Part shown: positions 1-14,779 of the stretch, piece by piece
Layout: each line of letters starts with the position of its first letter
How positions within the stretch are numbered: position 1 is the first letter of the stretch
Source of the DNA: Chrysomallon squamiferum
Taxonomy: Eukaryota > Animalia > Mollusca
Reading direction: 5' to 3'
Assembly: GCA_012295275.1 (NCBI GenBank)
Contig: CM022676.1
Span: 2,790,001-2,854,000, forward strand
DNA length: 64,000 nucleotides
The notes under the pieces: model-generated
What the model was told of the DNA's origin: nothing
Databases searched by the model: none
Seen by the model: only the letters and a program-made list of their open reading frames with translations
Program-made: the position numbers and the translations under genes

Positions 1-1137
1 GATTAGAATTAGGTCCCTTACGTGAGATGTACTCACTAAGCGAAGTAAAAATTATGTCGTTTAGACTTATCTCCCTTTAGTGATATGTGTTCACAAACAT
101 ATTTTAGAGTCTGTTCTCATAGGTGAGATGTACTCACTAAGCCTTCGATCGTTTTAAACTTTCAAAGTCGTTCTTTATTTGTTTAGTTACTTGTTTATTC
201 TATCCTGTCTACTTTGCTTATTGTTGTTATAATTAAAAAATCAGTAAATAAAATAATTTTTTGTGTGATTTGATCGAATCGATTTTTTAATATTAGTATT
301 TATTATTTCTTTTTGTATTTATTAATATTCTGAAATTTATTTGTTTTTAAATTTCCTGGCAGTTTTCAATTAATTGAATTTTGTTACTTTTTCAATTGTA
401 TAATCATTCAGTACCAGAGGTTTTTCTCTGAGAAAGTGTCTGTGTGTGGATGTGTCTGTCTGTCTGTATATATATAAACTTAGCAAAGAAAAATTCATAT
501 CGATTAGAGTTAGGTCCCTTACGTTATATGTACTCACTAACCGAAGTAAAAATTTTGTCGATTAGACTTATCACCCTTTAGTGATATGTGTTCACTAACA
601 TATATTAGAGTGAGGTCCCATAGGTGAGAAGTACTCACTATGTCTTCGATCATTTTAAAGTTTTATAGTGATTTTTTATTTGTTTGCTTATTTATTTACT
701 CTATCCTGTCTACTTTGCTTATTGTTGTTATGATTAAAAAATCAGTAAATAAAATATTTTTGTTGTGTCATTTGACACAATCGGTTTTTTAATATCAGTA
801 TTTATTATTTCTTTTTGTATTTATTAATATTCTGAAATTTATTTGTTTTAAATTTTGTGGCAATTTTCAATTAATTGAATTTTGTTACTTTTACAATTGT
901 ATAATCATTCAGTACCAGAGGTTTTTCTCTGTGTAAGTGTCTGTGTGTGGGTGTGTCTGTCTGTCTGTATATATATAAACTTAGCAAAGAAAAAATCATA
1001 TCGATTAGAGTTAGGTCCCTTACGTGAGATGTACTCACTAAGCCTTCGATCGTTTTAAACTTTCAAAGTCGATCTTTATTTGTTTACTTACTTATTTCTT
1101 ATGTATCCTGTCTACTTTCCTTATTGTTGTTATAATT
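1..1137 (-). repeat. Satellite array, ~501-bp monomers; reverse complement of the 19683-24724 array; runs off the window start
   Basis: Marker gtaccagagg at 411 and 912 (period 501). The motif gtgagatgtactcactaag and a (GT)n(GTCT)n(AT)n microsatellite recur in each unit. Sequence is the reverse complement of units near 19980-20160. Confidence 0.92.
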
Positions 1138-1355
1138 GTTGTTATGTATTTCTGATGTTGTTACTTAAAGCTGTTGATTAGAATTTCATATTGCTTTAAT
1201 AATGTAAAAGAAACTTCCGTTGATGATGATGATGATGATTAGATAAGTCCAGGCTGCACTGTGTTTTGCTGATATTATATTTTAATCTTCTGATCATCCG
1301 AGTATACATTAATTATCTCTTTTCTGTTTTAAAATTTACAATAACTTTCTCACAG

Positions 1356-1513
1356 GCCATGAAGGGAGAGCCAGGCATTCAAAGTCAGAAAGGGGTCAAA
1401 GGTGAACGCTGACTGCCTGGTCCGTTACTGAATAAACTAAGTCCTCAATGTCAGTGTGTCAGTAAGCTGACTTTCAATTTTCTTCGTATGTTGTTGAATG
1501 TGATAAAATACCT

Positions 1514-1567
<54 letters not shown>

Positions 1568-1926
1568 CTTTAATATAAATAAAACAATCAAATGCAATTT
1601 GTTTCTGTTTCTTTCTTTCTCTATTGACCAAAACAGTTTGTATGTATGTTTGTTTGTCTCTCTGTCTGTCTATTTATCCATCCATCTATCTATCTATCTA
1701 TATATCTGTCTATCTATCTCTAAATGTATGTATGTATATGTATCTGTCTTTCCATCTATTTGTCTGTCTCTGTATGACTATCTGTCTGTCTGATTTTCTT
1801 CGTGTCCATCTGCCTGTCTTTCTGTCTGTCTTTACATTTCTATTTTATTTTTTTTTTTTTTCAGAGTTGATTTTATTTGTAGTAATTCATATTTTCATTT
1901 TCTGTTTTTCAGAAGTTAAACCGTGA
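1356..1926 (+). pseudogene. Decayed Gly-X-Y collagen-repeat exon (1356-1461) plus probable terminal mini-exon (1913-1926)
   Basis: cacag|gcc atg aag gga gag cca ggc... reads AMKGEPGIQSQKGVKGER*LPGPLLNKLSPQCQCV and ends at a|gtaagc. TGA at 1410-1412 and an AGT Ser both fall on Gly positions. A phase-compatible acceptor tttttcag at 1912 gives KVKP*. Confidence 0.6.
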
Positions 1927-2789
1927 TAATGAAATCAATTGAAACAGAATAATTTTAATATAATCTGTATAATAACAGACAATTAAACAGTTAAATAAAT
2001 GAATGGATGATTATTACAAGTATTATTGTTATTTTATATATATACATGTGTGTGTGTTGGGGGCGTGAGTGTGTATGTAATATATATATTGGGTTGTATA
2101 GATGGGGCAGGAGGGCTTTTTATATTTTGTTTCAATGAATTTGTTTAATATTAATTTTGTGAAATAGCATTTTCATATATATTTAATTGTTTGTTTCTTT
2201 ATGTGCAGTTCGTATTAATGTAATTGTATATAAGCATTTATTTCTGTGTGTGCATTTATGTACATGTGTGTGTGTGCGTGTGTGTATGTGTGTAGATATA
2301 GATATAGATATAAAAGAGAGAGATGTATTATTATGTTTCTATTCTCATTCTCCATCATTCTATTTTCGAAACATTGCACATTTTCTCATTCAGACGTACA
2401 CACATTCAAAACAACACGTGAGATCTCCCTTACACAGCCCGGCCTCTACAAATACTTTACTTGCATTGTGCTTTCCAGCCAACTGGGAGGTTTAACTAAA
2501 AGACAACATTTTGCTAATCTGTAAGAGTAACCCATACTTGAAAGCTAGTGTTTTTTCATTTGTCAAATATTGTCCTTACGCAAAAGTCACAGTACATATG
2601 TAAATATAGTTAATATTAACTAATATTAGTGTTGATAAATAAATATTAATTGAGTTTATTTATTAATTTAATTTAGTTAAAATTTAATTGTATAGATTAA
2701 TGTTAATCTCAGGAATCAAAAATGATGCTAAGGTTTATTTTTCCTCCACAGATTTTTAAAATGTTATTTCAAACCTAGAATATATATAT

Positions 2790-2960
2790 TCCGTCATTTA
2801 ATATATGTTGCAACTGAACTTACTCATTTAATATGTATTTATAATAATAATTAACGTCATTTTATAAACATAACAATTAAATGATGTCATTTAATATATA
2901 GTGCAATTGAAATACGTCATTTGATACCTATTTCAATCACAATACGTCATTCGTACGTAT
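2790..2960. repeat. Degenerate ~30-bp tandem repeat, about 6 copies, core acgtcattt
   Basis: Core (a)cgtcatt or a variant near 2791, 2821, 2853, 2884, 2913 and 2943. Confidence 0.6.
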
Positions 2961-4317
2961 CTAATACGTATTACAATTAATTAACGATATTCGTGCATAT
3001 TTTACCGTATTAAAGTAATCGCTTTCTATTAGGGTTGTTTTCTTGTTGTTTTCTTTTGTTTTTTGTTTTTTATTATTGTTTTTTATTGTTATTTTTTATT
3101 CAATTTCTCTCTTCTTTCACCCCGTTTGTTTAGTTGTTGTTTTCTTTATTGTTATTTATTTATTAGTTTTCTTTTCAATTTTTCTCTTGTTTCATATTAA
3201 TAATATTTTTGTCATCTGTCAAGTGGTAGTATAATCTGTATTATTTATTCTCCTTATCTGTTTTTGTTTTAGTTGTTATTGTTGTTTGTTTTTGTTTTTT
3301 TTGTAGTTGTTGTTTTTTCATTTGGCTTCAGTTTTTTTAATTCTATAATTTCTTTCTCAATTATTTTGTCTTTATTTTTTGTTTTCATTATACAATTATT
3401 TATAAATTCGTTCGTTCATTTTTATTATGTTTTTTTATTATTATTATTGTTTTACTACACTGATGCGATATTTTAATGCGTGGTTGTAAATATTTATAAT
3501 ATTATAATTAAAAATAAACAAACAAACAAAAAATGAATAAATAAAATAAAATATAATATAAAATAAAATATAATATAAAATAAAATACAAAAGTCAATTT
3601 CATTACTTCCTGTTATTGTGGTACAGCTATTATAAATAAATAAATAAAAGCAAAATAAATAAAAAAATATTACTACAACAATTACTATAATAAGTATCCT
3701 ATAATAATAATAATACAATACACTGTAATTATTATATAGAGATATTTTATTAAAACGACAAATATAAAACGATTGCTGAAATCTACAACAAAAAACAAGG
3801 AATGTAAAACATTATTTTCAAAAAATATTATAATTCAGATTGAAAAAGAAACAAAATGAAAATTTTCAAAAAAAAACAACAAAATGAAATAATATTAAAT
3901 CAAAATATAAAACCTTTAGATTATTATGCATAAAAAATAAAATCGATTTGTTTTTGCATTTTGAAAATGATTACATTATCTATCCCTCTAGAAAACAACT
4001 ATACAAACAATCACTGAATTCTCAACTTTAAAAAAAGCAATAAATATAATTATATTATTAAGCACAAATAGTTTTAACTGACACTATAATATTATTTAAA
4101 ACATTTAACAGTAATGTATTTAGAAAAACATTGATATTATAAAAATAAATAATAATAATAAATAAAACTGAATTCGCTCAACAATTAAAGAAATAAAGTT
4201 ATAGATGATTTTTCAAAATAAAAATGTAATTGTATTATTATCAATTAATATTTTTCATTCACACTATAAATATATCTTTAAAAAATACATGAGTTTTTCA
4301 TACACTTAAATATATAT

Positions 4318-4855
4318 GGTATACTATAGTATAGTGCAGTATAGTACAGTATTGTACAGTATATTATAGTGTAGTATAGTATAGTAGAGTAGAGTATAAT
4401 ACAGTGTAGTACAGTACAGTATAGTATAGTACAGCAGAGTAGAGAATAGCATAGTATAGTGTGTTTAGAATGGTGTTGTATGGCATAGTATGGTATGGTA
4501 TGGATTAGTATGGCATAGTATAGTGTAGTATAGCACAGTGTGGTGTAGAATAATATAGAGAAGTGTAGTGTAGTAGACTATTGCATCGAAATGTACAGTA
4601 TAGTAAAGCACTGTAGTGTAGTAGAATACAGTAGGGTATACTATAGTGTAATGTAGTGTAGTATAGAATAGTATAGCATGGAAATGAATAGTATAGTACA
4701 GAATAGTAAAGTCTAGCACAACATAGTATACCATAGTATAGTATAGCATAGAATAGCATAGCATAGTACCAAGTATATTATATTAAAGTATAGTATGGCA
4801 TGGCATAGTATATTATAGCCTAGTATAGTACAGTATAGTAAAGCATAGTACAGAA
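4318..4855. repeat. Degenerate (TAGTA)n pentanucleotide tract in the 3' flank of BTB copy 1
   Basis: Continuous tagta/cagta/tagca units. Complementary (TACTA)n tracts occupy the equivalent position downstream of copies 5 and 6 (~46340-46490, ~56440-56575). Confidence 0.9.
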
Positions 4856-5632
4856 TAATATAAATATATTAAATACATATTTTTATAATAATGATTCGTA
4901 TGGTTTTGAACTGCAGATATAATAGATTAATTATCAATAAAAAAAAAAAACTACTACAATTCATAGACATGAAAATGGTATAGAACATGATTAAAACACA
5001 CAGATGACACGTTACTATGATAAATGTTTCCAAAGTAACACACGAACAGTCATAAATTATTTGACAATAAACTAATGATAATACTATTATCTAAAGCAAC
5101 AATTAAAATTATCACTGCAAAGTTAGTTTACAAAAAGTTAATCCAAGCTTTTTTCAGTCCGTTGATCTCATGTTCTTTCTTGTTCTGAATATAAAATAAT
5201 AATATTCTACCGAAACGAAAGTGAAATTCCTCGTCCGTAAGTAATCCATTTGTCTTTGAAATTTCCACGTTATTTGTGTATTATTGTTTTCAACTTTTAA
5301 TGTTTGCTGAGTCTATGTATGTTTATGAGCATTTATAAGTGTATGTGTGTGTGTGCGTTTATGGGTGTACGTGCATGTATATTTGTGAGTGTGTGTACGT
5401 TTATGAATGTACGTGTACGTGCGTTTATATGTTATGTGTATGTGTGTATATTTCTTTATGAGTATTTTCGTGAGTGTATATGTGTATGTATGTATGAGTT
5501 TATATGTATATGTAGAGAATATTTATAATAGTAATAAAACTGCTATTAATAATAATATGGGTACAGATCTGTACTTATAATGTATGACTGCTACAGCAAT
5601 AACATGGTTCGTCAATACAACTTGAATCAAAT

Positions 5633-7203
5633 TCACACAAGGAATTTTAATCGCGATATAAAGTTTGTTTTAATCCCGAATGTGCCACCACTATGAGAAC
5701 ATTGTTTGCTATCTGAAAAGGTACACTTCAGAAAACCTTCACGTAAAGTTCACTGTTTTTCAAACAGTCAGGTTGTACTGTATATCTTTTTTTATGTCTA
5801 AAGGACTGGGAAAATCAACATCAAAAAAAGACTCGCGGATTTGTTTATCTACTGAAGATCCTGGCACTATCACGTCTGTGGAAACTTCACAGACACTGGC
5901 TTTGATTGACAATTCTTTCCTTTTTCTTGGAAAAGAGAGAATACTAAAGCCTTTCAAAGACGCATTCGTGTTTAAACAAAATGTTATCGTATCGAAGTAC
6001 GAGCAAAAATCACCATCGATGCCCTGGACACAAATATTTTCAAATCTGTCAATTTTTATTAAATTTCTCTTTGTACCAACTCTGCGGCTTTTTCTGAAAA
6101 GTCACACATCTATCTCTGGGTAGACATAGGAACAGAAAGTCTCGAATTTTTCACAATGAGATAAAAGCATTTTTAGGCAAAACTTTATTTTGAAAATACA
6201 CTGAGTCGAGAAGAGGAAAGCGAATGAGGTACAGCTCTTTTCCCAGCATTTCACGTTCGTTTTCTGCTGTTATTTCTTTTTCCTGTCGTCTGCTTCACTC
6301 CATTTCATGCATGAATGAAAAACTGTCTCCTTAGTGGCGTTCAGATCATCAGATTCAATTATCTTTCTAAAACATTCACAACAGAGATCTGTGAAACTCT
6401 CTGAATTCAGTACAGCTTTGCCATTTCGCCAAATATATTTCAGACATGTTTCCATGAAATCGTCTTGTTTATACGTGTGAGTTTCTTCCAGTAAAATGCA
6501 TACGTTATTTGTCTCCATTTCTGTTTCAAGGTAGTTAAGACATCTGTTTTCTAAAGTAGTTACGTCATACTTCCTGGCAAGTCGGTTTCATCAGTATAAA
6601 GAAATCTGGGGAAAAAAAAAAAAAAAAAAAAAAAACGTTTAAATAAATACACAAACAGACACACACACACACACTTACAAACCTACATATATACATATGC
6701 ATGCATGCATACATACATATACATACATACACACACAAACACATACACAAATATATAAGTACACAAATATATATACAAAAATGTATAATAGTTCTATATT
6801 CACGCAAACATTCATACATACGTACATAAGACAGACAAATTCAAATGCTAACATACATACATTTATTATATACTACACACATCCCTACCTACGTACCTGC
6901 ATACCTACATACATATTATATACTTATCTCTCCATATACTATCATGATAATAAAATAAAATCGGTAAACAAAATAAAAATAAAATAAAAGGAAGAAAACA
7001 TTTCGAAAAGGAATTTTTAAATACACTCATTAAATACCCACATACATACACAAATACATTTACGGACACATACGCATAAAATACATACTATAGTACACGC
7101 ATATATACATATATATATATATACATACACAAACATACATGTATTGACACAAACATTCATTCAGACGTACTTATTCAGAGACCTTCAGATGCTAAATACA
7201 TAC

Positions 7204-7239
<36 letters not shown>

Positions 7240-7264
7240 GCATAGTATATGTATATGTATATAC

Positions 7265-7297
<33 letters not shown>

Positions 7298-7702
7298 TAC
7301 ATACATACTTACATACATACATGCATATTAATTAATTAATTAATTAAAAATGATAATAAACTGGATAATCTCTTACTCTAAAAACAAGTGGAAAATTTCT
7401 GCTTCAGTGTCTGGGATTACAATATCATCCTGTTCTTTCAGATCTCCTGTCAACATGGCGTGAAACACACAGCTGCGCAGACTGAGTATCAACTTGTGAG
7501 CTTGGATACGTGCCCTGTCGTCTCCGACAATGAATCTGACGTCACAGAGAATGTTTTCCTTGAGAGAATATCGGAGACTTTCAAGGATAGTGTGTTCATG
7601 TTGCCAGTTATTTGCATAACCAGAAGTGGCTACGTCATCGATGACTTCGCCTTCTTCAGCGTTTATTACATCATCCACAGTATCAGCTTCTGCTGCAGCC
7701 AT
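5633..7702 (-). pseudogene. BTB/POZ-BACK-PHR-like paralog, copy 1 (frameshifted)
   Basis: Exon 1 7702-7377 is intact (CDVRFIVGDDRARIQAHKLILSLRSCVFHAML, donor gtaag). Exon 2 6605-5633 follows ccccag. Relative to copy 6 there is a ~34-bp deletion after FLYTDETD giving a near-immediate stop, a 7-bp deletion at WSEA(EC)RRQ, a +1 near 6165, and further deletions near 5750-5762. Confidence 0.9.
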
Positions 7703-7881
7703 TTTGTTATCCTGAATTAATAAAATGGTAACAATAAAATATAATATTTATTTTAAAGTAAACAAACAAATAAACTGTGTATTTTCTGAGAGTATGTGGG
7801 TATGTGTGCGTGCGTGTGTATATGTGTGTGTGTGTGTATGTGTGTGAGAGAGAGAGAGAGATAGGAGAGAGAGAGAGAGAT

Positions 7882-7963
<82 letters not shown>

Positions 7964-8065
7964 GGCAGCTTTACGTGATAACTACATTAGTGACACAGTC
8001 ACTGACACACATGTTCACGGTCACGTTAAAAATAAACCATGGTTTTATTTGTAGACTTGTTTTAC
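7964..8065 (-). promoter_or_regulatory. Conserved upstream block of the BTB genes (putative promoter / non-coding first exon), copy 1
   Basis: Reverse complement of the 53160-53256 block (taacgtgaccgtgaacatgtgtgtcagtgactgtgtc...ttatcacgtaaagctgcc), followed by (CT)n and the ATG exon as in copy 6. Function is inferred from position and conservation only. Confidence 0.55.
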
Positions 8066-8562
8066 AGTTTTCTTGCATACAACAGATGAACTGCACAAAA
8101 AGCTGCTATTGTTAACCTCTAGCTTTTTCTGTTCTTTTTCTTCTTTTTTTTTTTTTGTTTTGTTTTCTCGTAACAATAAAACGAACTCTGTATCACTACA
8201 AACTGTATATCATTTATTTTCATAATGTGTGTGTTTGTGTGTGTGTGTGTGTACGCACGCGCACGCGCGCGCGTTTCTGTCTGTCTATTCATATGTATTT
8301 ATGTTTGCTGGAGTGTGCTTTCAGTAACACTGTATTAATACAGAATATAAATGTAGCTAAATAAAGATTTTTTTTTTTTTTAATCTAATCTTTCCCCTGT
8401 TCTTTGTTTTACCCGACTTATCTCTCTCCCTGTAATTAAATTTAATAAATAACTTTATTTATTATCAATTTCTCATTGTTCAGTTCTGTATTTATTTATT
8501 TATTTTTTTTTTTTTTTTTTATTTATTATTTGAATATTCATTTTCTTCCTCATTGTCTTCTT

Positions 8563-8627
<65 letters not shown>

Positions 8628-8721
8628 CATTATCATCATCATCATCATCATCATCATTATTATCGGTATCATTATCATTATTATCATTATTATTATTATT
8701 GTTACTATTATTATTATTATT

Positions 8722-10945
8722 ATAACGGCGCATTTTTTCGAATGTACATTTTTATAAGCATTTATGACAAGATCACGGTACTACGTGACAAAATTCATTA
8801 TATGCATTCAGTATTCTTTAGTGTACAAACCTTCAACCAATAACCACTATTACCCTGTATTTGTTTTAAAGAGACAATAACGTTACGAAACATCAGTAAT
8901 AAGAAAAATCTTTGTTTCTAACGAAAAGAAAAACTTACCTTCTAGAAACGTCACCTTCAGCAGTGTGTCCTGTATGTAAATTACTTCCTAGTAAACATCT
9001 GACTTTTTCCAGGAAAACAAAACACTAAATACTACTTTTAATTTTAAACTTACTCTTTTAGAAATAATGATAAGTACTAGTTATCATCTTAATTTATTCC
9101 TAATTTCATTTTGTGAAAACTAAATTAAGAATGACTTTATCATTGAAAGAATTATTAAGGTAATTGAGTAGTTTTATTTTTTAAAGTTATCAATCCGAAC
9201 TTTGACCCATTTTTTATAATCTAGGCGTTTCAGGGAAGATAACTCTTACACATTGATCGTTAAACCATTAAGAACCCTTTGACAACATTATTTTTCTTGG
9301 TAATGAAATTAAATATTTGTATCCAGAATAATCTCAGATATGCCGTGTTATAGCTGATACTATATTCAGATAATTTTGGGTTTTTAATTGTTTAAATATA
9401 ATTGATTCTTTATTTAATTTCTTTTAATTTGAATTTTTTTTTTTTTTAATTTAATTTTTTTTTTTTTTTTTTTTTTTGTATTTATTGCTTTTATTATTAT
9501 TATTATTTTTTTTTTCGATCTGGAAGGGGTCTTTTGTTGGACTTTTTCCCCTTAATTTTACTTTATATTATTTTATTTTTAATACTTTTATCATTCTCTT
9601 TATAATTATTATTATTGTTATTATTATTATTATCATAGCAGCGACCTTTCTCGGAGGTAGAGTTAGATAATAATTGTTAACTAAGTCACTGACTTTTTCC
9701 AGGAAAACAAAACACTAAATACTACTTTTAATTTTAAACTTACTCTTTTAGAAATAATGATAAGTACTAGTTATCATCTTAATTTATTCCTAATTTCATT
9801 TTGTGAAAACTAAATTAAAAATCACTTTACCATTGAAATAATTATTAAGGTAATTGAGTAGTTTTATTTTTTAAAAGTTATCCATCCGAACTTTGACCTG
9901 ATTTTTTATAATCTAGCCGTTTCAGGGAAGATAACTCTTACACATTAATCGTTAAACAATTAAGAAGCCTTTTTTCCTAAAATTATTTTCCTTGGTAATG
10001 AAATTAAACATCTATATCCAGAATAATCTCAGATCTCCCATGTTATAACTGATACTATACTCAGATAATTTGGGTTTATTCTTTATTTAATTTCTTTTAA
10101 TATTTAACTTTCTAAATTTAAAAAAAAAAAAAAATACTTCCATCCTTTTCAATTGTTTAATTTTTAATTTTTATTATTTATTTATTTTTTATTTGTTATT
10201 ATTTATTTATCTATTTATTTATTATTTATTTATTTTTGGTAGGTAAGGGGTCTTTTGTTGGATTTTTTCCTTAATTTTACTTCATATTATCATTATTTTT
10301 TAATACTTTTATCATTCTCTTTTTCATTATTATTATTATTCTTCTTCTTCTTCTTATTATTATAGCGGCGACCTTTCTCGAAGGCAAAGTTCGATAATAA
10401 TTGTTAACTAGGTCACTGTACTACGTGACAATCTCGATCTCATACATTCTTTACTCGATTTCATACATTCTTTATGGGGTGTTTGCCAGTTGCTAATAAT
10501 AGAAATAAAATAAATATATAAAACTGATATCTATCTACATTTGAAACTCTGAGTGATATTTTAGCCGAACTAGATGTCAGCTTCACACTTTGGTTTGCTG
10601 ACGCAGTGGATATGGCGACAAGCAATGGCGAAGAGACAACAATGCTAACAACTGTGAACAGACAAATACTGAAATAACCAACACTTCACTGCATTTGTTT
10701 TAAACAGATTTTTAGGTATCTACAGACAAAGGCTGTAATCGGAAAAAACCTTTGTTTCTAACACAAGTAAAAACTTACCTTCTAGACATTTCACCTTTAG
10801 CGGTCTGTCCTGTTTCTAAATTACTTCCCTGTAAATATCCCGCTGTATCCGGCAAAACAAAACAATAGATACTAATTTCAATCTAAAAATTATACTTTTA
10901 GATATAATGTTAAGTAGTAGCTCATCTTAATTTATTCCTAATTCT
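8722..10945 (-). repeat. AT-rich modular repeat family B, reverse orientation, upstream of copy 1; includes a ~690-bp direct duplication
   Basis: Reverse complements of the family modules (gtcactgtactacgtgac at ~10412; tagaaacgtcaccttcagcagtgtgtcctg at ~8943; cagggaagataactctt at ~9230 and ~9922). gactttttccaggaaaacaaaacac repeats at 9001 and 9691. Confidence 0.85.
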
Positions 10946-12298
10946 AACAAAAACCCAACAAGAAACAAGTCAAAACAAAGAAAAACAACAACAACAACAA
11001 CAACAATAATAATAATAATGACCAGAAATAAAGAAATAATAAACAAACAAACAAACAAACAAATACGTGAAAAAGTAAATAAGTAAATATAATAATTTTC
11101 TTCACCCAATAACCATATAATTTTCAAACATATTGTGTTTTGTACGTAGAAGACACTGAAGAAATGAAGGTAACTTTTAAATCATATAAATGATTGTTTT
11201 TCCCATGGTTTAGAAGCTCTTGATAAGAAGTTCACAGTTTCTCTGAACACTAGCTATTGTTTAAAATATTCTTGAAAATGTAGCAGTTGATTACTGATAA
11301 ACATGCTGAAGCAACCAAAAATCTAGACACAAAAGTGACAATGATGCACGCGATTAAAACAAAACTATGCTTCAGTATATTAAAATAGTAATGCTAATAA
11401 TGCAGTATATTTAAATACGTTACACTTCGGCGATTTTTATTGTGCTGTTAACCGACAGAAACCTACATTTATACCATAGACTCATGTTCTTATAGAGATA
11501 CTTAATACTTTTTTCCTGACTTTTTTATTCAGTGTTTTTATTCAGCGTTGAAAAAGTGTTTTGTTTCATCTGTCAGCTTGGCTCTCTTATGTATTAAGAT
11601 CACCACACTGGAGAGTTTTGTACATAATGTCTGTCTAAATTTACTGAACAAGTTTCTTTCAACTCATCCATCAATTGAAATTTTCAGCCATTTGTCACCA
11701 GACACTTGATCTCATTGATTAGATGTAGTCAATTAATATTAATTTCCACTTAATTGTTTAACAATATATTTAGTCTTAGGCACATTGCGTTTATGAAGAA
11801 ACACATCGATTCTTTTTTCTAATTCAGTTGTTGAACACTGAACTACCATGTTAAGACAGGTTAAAATCAAAAGTGACACGAACACATGTTAATCAACTGA
11901 AGACAAATAAAATAAAATAAAACAATTGAAAAATTCACTACAAAGTGATGAACACTTATGGTTATTCTGATCAGGTACAGTTAATAAATAAAACATTTTA
12001 AGTTGAAAGTAATTGTTGAAATCTAAATTTATTTTCTGTTTATTTGCATTTGAAGAACATTATTCTGTTTATAAATTATACAGCTAATACTACTACAATG
12101 TCTCTGTAGGCGTTTTTATCTACAGTGCTATCAAAGAATAGCGAGTCTTTCATTTCTTAGAAAGTGTGGAAAATTGTTTAAAATAACTAGACAATCTGCA
12201 ATCTTTATTTTACACATATTTTATCTGTATATGATTGTATGCGTATATTAAAATATGTACAAATGGGTATACGTATATATATGGGTAAGAATGCGCGC

Positions 12299-12335
<37 letters not shown>

Positions 12336-12713
12336 ATAATATAACCTTTCAACATTTTATTCTGATCTAACTAAAGTAAAATAAATGAAATAATGGTGTG
12401 AATATTATTTACAGTAAAGTCAATTTCTGATTTAAAGAAAAATTACATAGACAATTGTTTAACATTGACGCAGTTCTGTTTCGTATGTTGATCTCTTTCT
12501 CTATGATTTTTTTATATCTCAGTTTTCTGTTTTTCCTCAGTTTATCATCACTGTTTCTTTCTTCATGTTCTTGTATGTTCCTGTGTTTATACACACATAG
12601 TCACGTGTATATATATAGGTATGTACATGTTGTGTCTATATATATCTACACAGACACACATGTATACACACACACACATATATATATACACACACACGCA
12701 CACACACACATAT

Positions 12714-12750
<37 letters not shown>

Positions 12751-12800
12751 GATATATAGATAGATATATATACTACATACATACATATATATATATATAT

Positions 12801-12854
<54 letters not shown>

Positions 12855-13458
12855 GTGTGTGTGTATGTATGTGGGATTGAAAGGCATGTATTCTTGTATG
12901 CATGTGTATGTTTCTAATTTATTCTGGATAAAAGTCAGTTCCGATATTTTATAAAGATAAACAAATACAAAATGAATGCAATAAAACATAGCGATAACTG
13001 ATTTTAACAGTAAGCAGAATAACTAAAAGGGTGGAAATAACATAATACATTTACAATATCGAGATATGAAAACAATATCAGTATATTCAGTGATATACGC
13101 ACTAATCAGAGACATTTGCCCTCCAAGGTATCCCCAAATTAAACGTAAGCTAGGACATATGTCGCCCGCTTGTAATAGAGATATTGCCTAGTACAGGCTG
13201 CGCCATTTTCCCCATATAAAATTTAATAAATATGATATATAATACCTGGATAAAATATATCGAATTAAAGATATCTCTGTATGTGACAAGTGGGTTTTGT
13301 TGTGTTTTAAGGCTGTTTTTTTTTGTCCTAGACAACATTTGCAGTGGAGGGAGCAGATGTGATAGTAACAGTACAGGGTGGATGTCGTAAGCAACATTTC
13401 CAAAAACCAACAAAAATAAAACCATTTTCACGTTCTGTTCCTTTATGTGATTTTATTG

Positions 13459-13508
<50 letters not shown>

Positions 13509-13905
13509 TTTCTATTTATGTATGTGTATGTGTGTATGTTTGAATGTATGTATTCATCTTTGTACTTATATATATACGTACGTATTTGTATGTATTCACG
13601 AATGAATATTCTATTTCACTTTTCTGTTTATATGTCTGCTTGTTAGTTATTATCATGATCTTGGCATCATCATCATAAAATTTCACCATCGACATCGCAC
13701 ATATTATAAATAAGTACTATTGTTATTTGATACTGGTAATATACTGAATGAGAAACACATAAATTAATTAGATATGAAATGATTTTCTTATAACTATATA
13801 GACTGAATGAAAGCATAACTTATGAAGCGAAGAAAATATGTTTTATAGCATTGGAACCATAATAATAAAGCAATCTGATTAGTATTAACACACAAACACA
13901 CACAG

Positions 13906-13938
<33 letters not shown>

Positions 13939-14679
13939 GATAGATAGGTAGATAGATAGATACACAGATACGCATGATGGAAGTGATCTTCGTTTACCAA
14001 TGTGTTCACGAATACAATCTATGTGAAGGCACGACATTGTGCTTCTCGAGTCGTTATGATTGCCCTAAGCTATTAAATAACTTGTTAAAAATGTTTCAGA
14101 ATTATCTTGTAGAATACATTGGACTTGTAATCAACTAATGTATATTTTATAAACATTATTTATATAGATTCTCGTTAATAATGTAACACAATATATTCAA
14201 ATTCAATACATACACACACATATAAATGGATGTACATGTATATGCTTATATACATGTGCATGTGCATACAAAGGTAAAAGCCAGACATACATGCATGAGG
14301 CACTCACACACACATACAAATATTGAAACAAACATATAGCTTTTTGTATAATTATTACTTATATTAATACTGCTCTCATAATTAGGCAAAGCTGACACTT
14401 AAAAATGAAAACCAGCAAACTTTAAATATGACACTAAAACAAATAAAACACAGCAAAAAACAATAACAACAACAACAACAATAATAATAATAAAAAGATA
14501 ACTTATTTAATTTATAGGAAGAAAAGAAAGAAATAAATGAAAAAGTTACCATAGTGAATAACATATAATGAATGTATGTAGTTTATTTTTCTTTTCTTTC
14601 ATTTTGTTCTTTGTAGTTATTTTATATATATATGTATATAATGATAACATTTATCAATAAAATAAAAAGAAAACAATTA

Positions 14680-14773
<94 letters not shown>

Positions 14774-14779
14774 AAACAA

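Noticed and set aside
5680-6123. Antisense ORFs over the BTB genes (also 7388-7720, 25824-26261, 37176-37547, 43613-43903, 53410-53742, 54952-55362)
   Set aside because: Shadows of the real coding strand; their recurrence follows from paralogy and they show no independent domain signal.
8476-8843. Poly-Ile, poly-Asn, poly-Tyr and ER-repeat ORFs here and throughout the window
   Set aside because: Translations of (AAT)n, (TAG)n, (GA)n, (CA)n and (TAGTA)n microsatellites.
11550-11620. Minus-strand KLSSVVILIHKRAKLTDE, faintly like a hAT dimerization motif
   Set aside because: Too short, with no flanking transposase motifs or TIRs; cannot be supported without a profile search.
13150-13431. Minus-strand ORFs with a signal-peptide-like start and a Cys cluster (YCYYHICSLHCKCC)
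   Set aside because: The two features are in different frames, with no clear splice sites or recognisable family.
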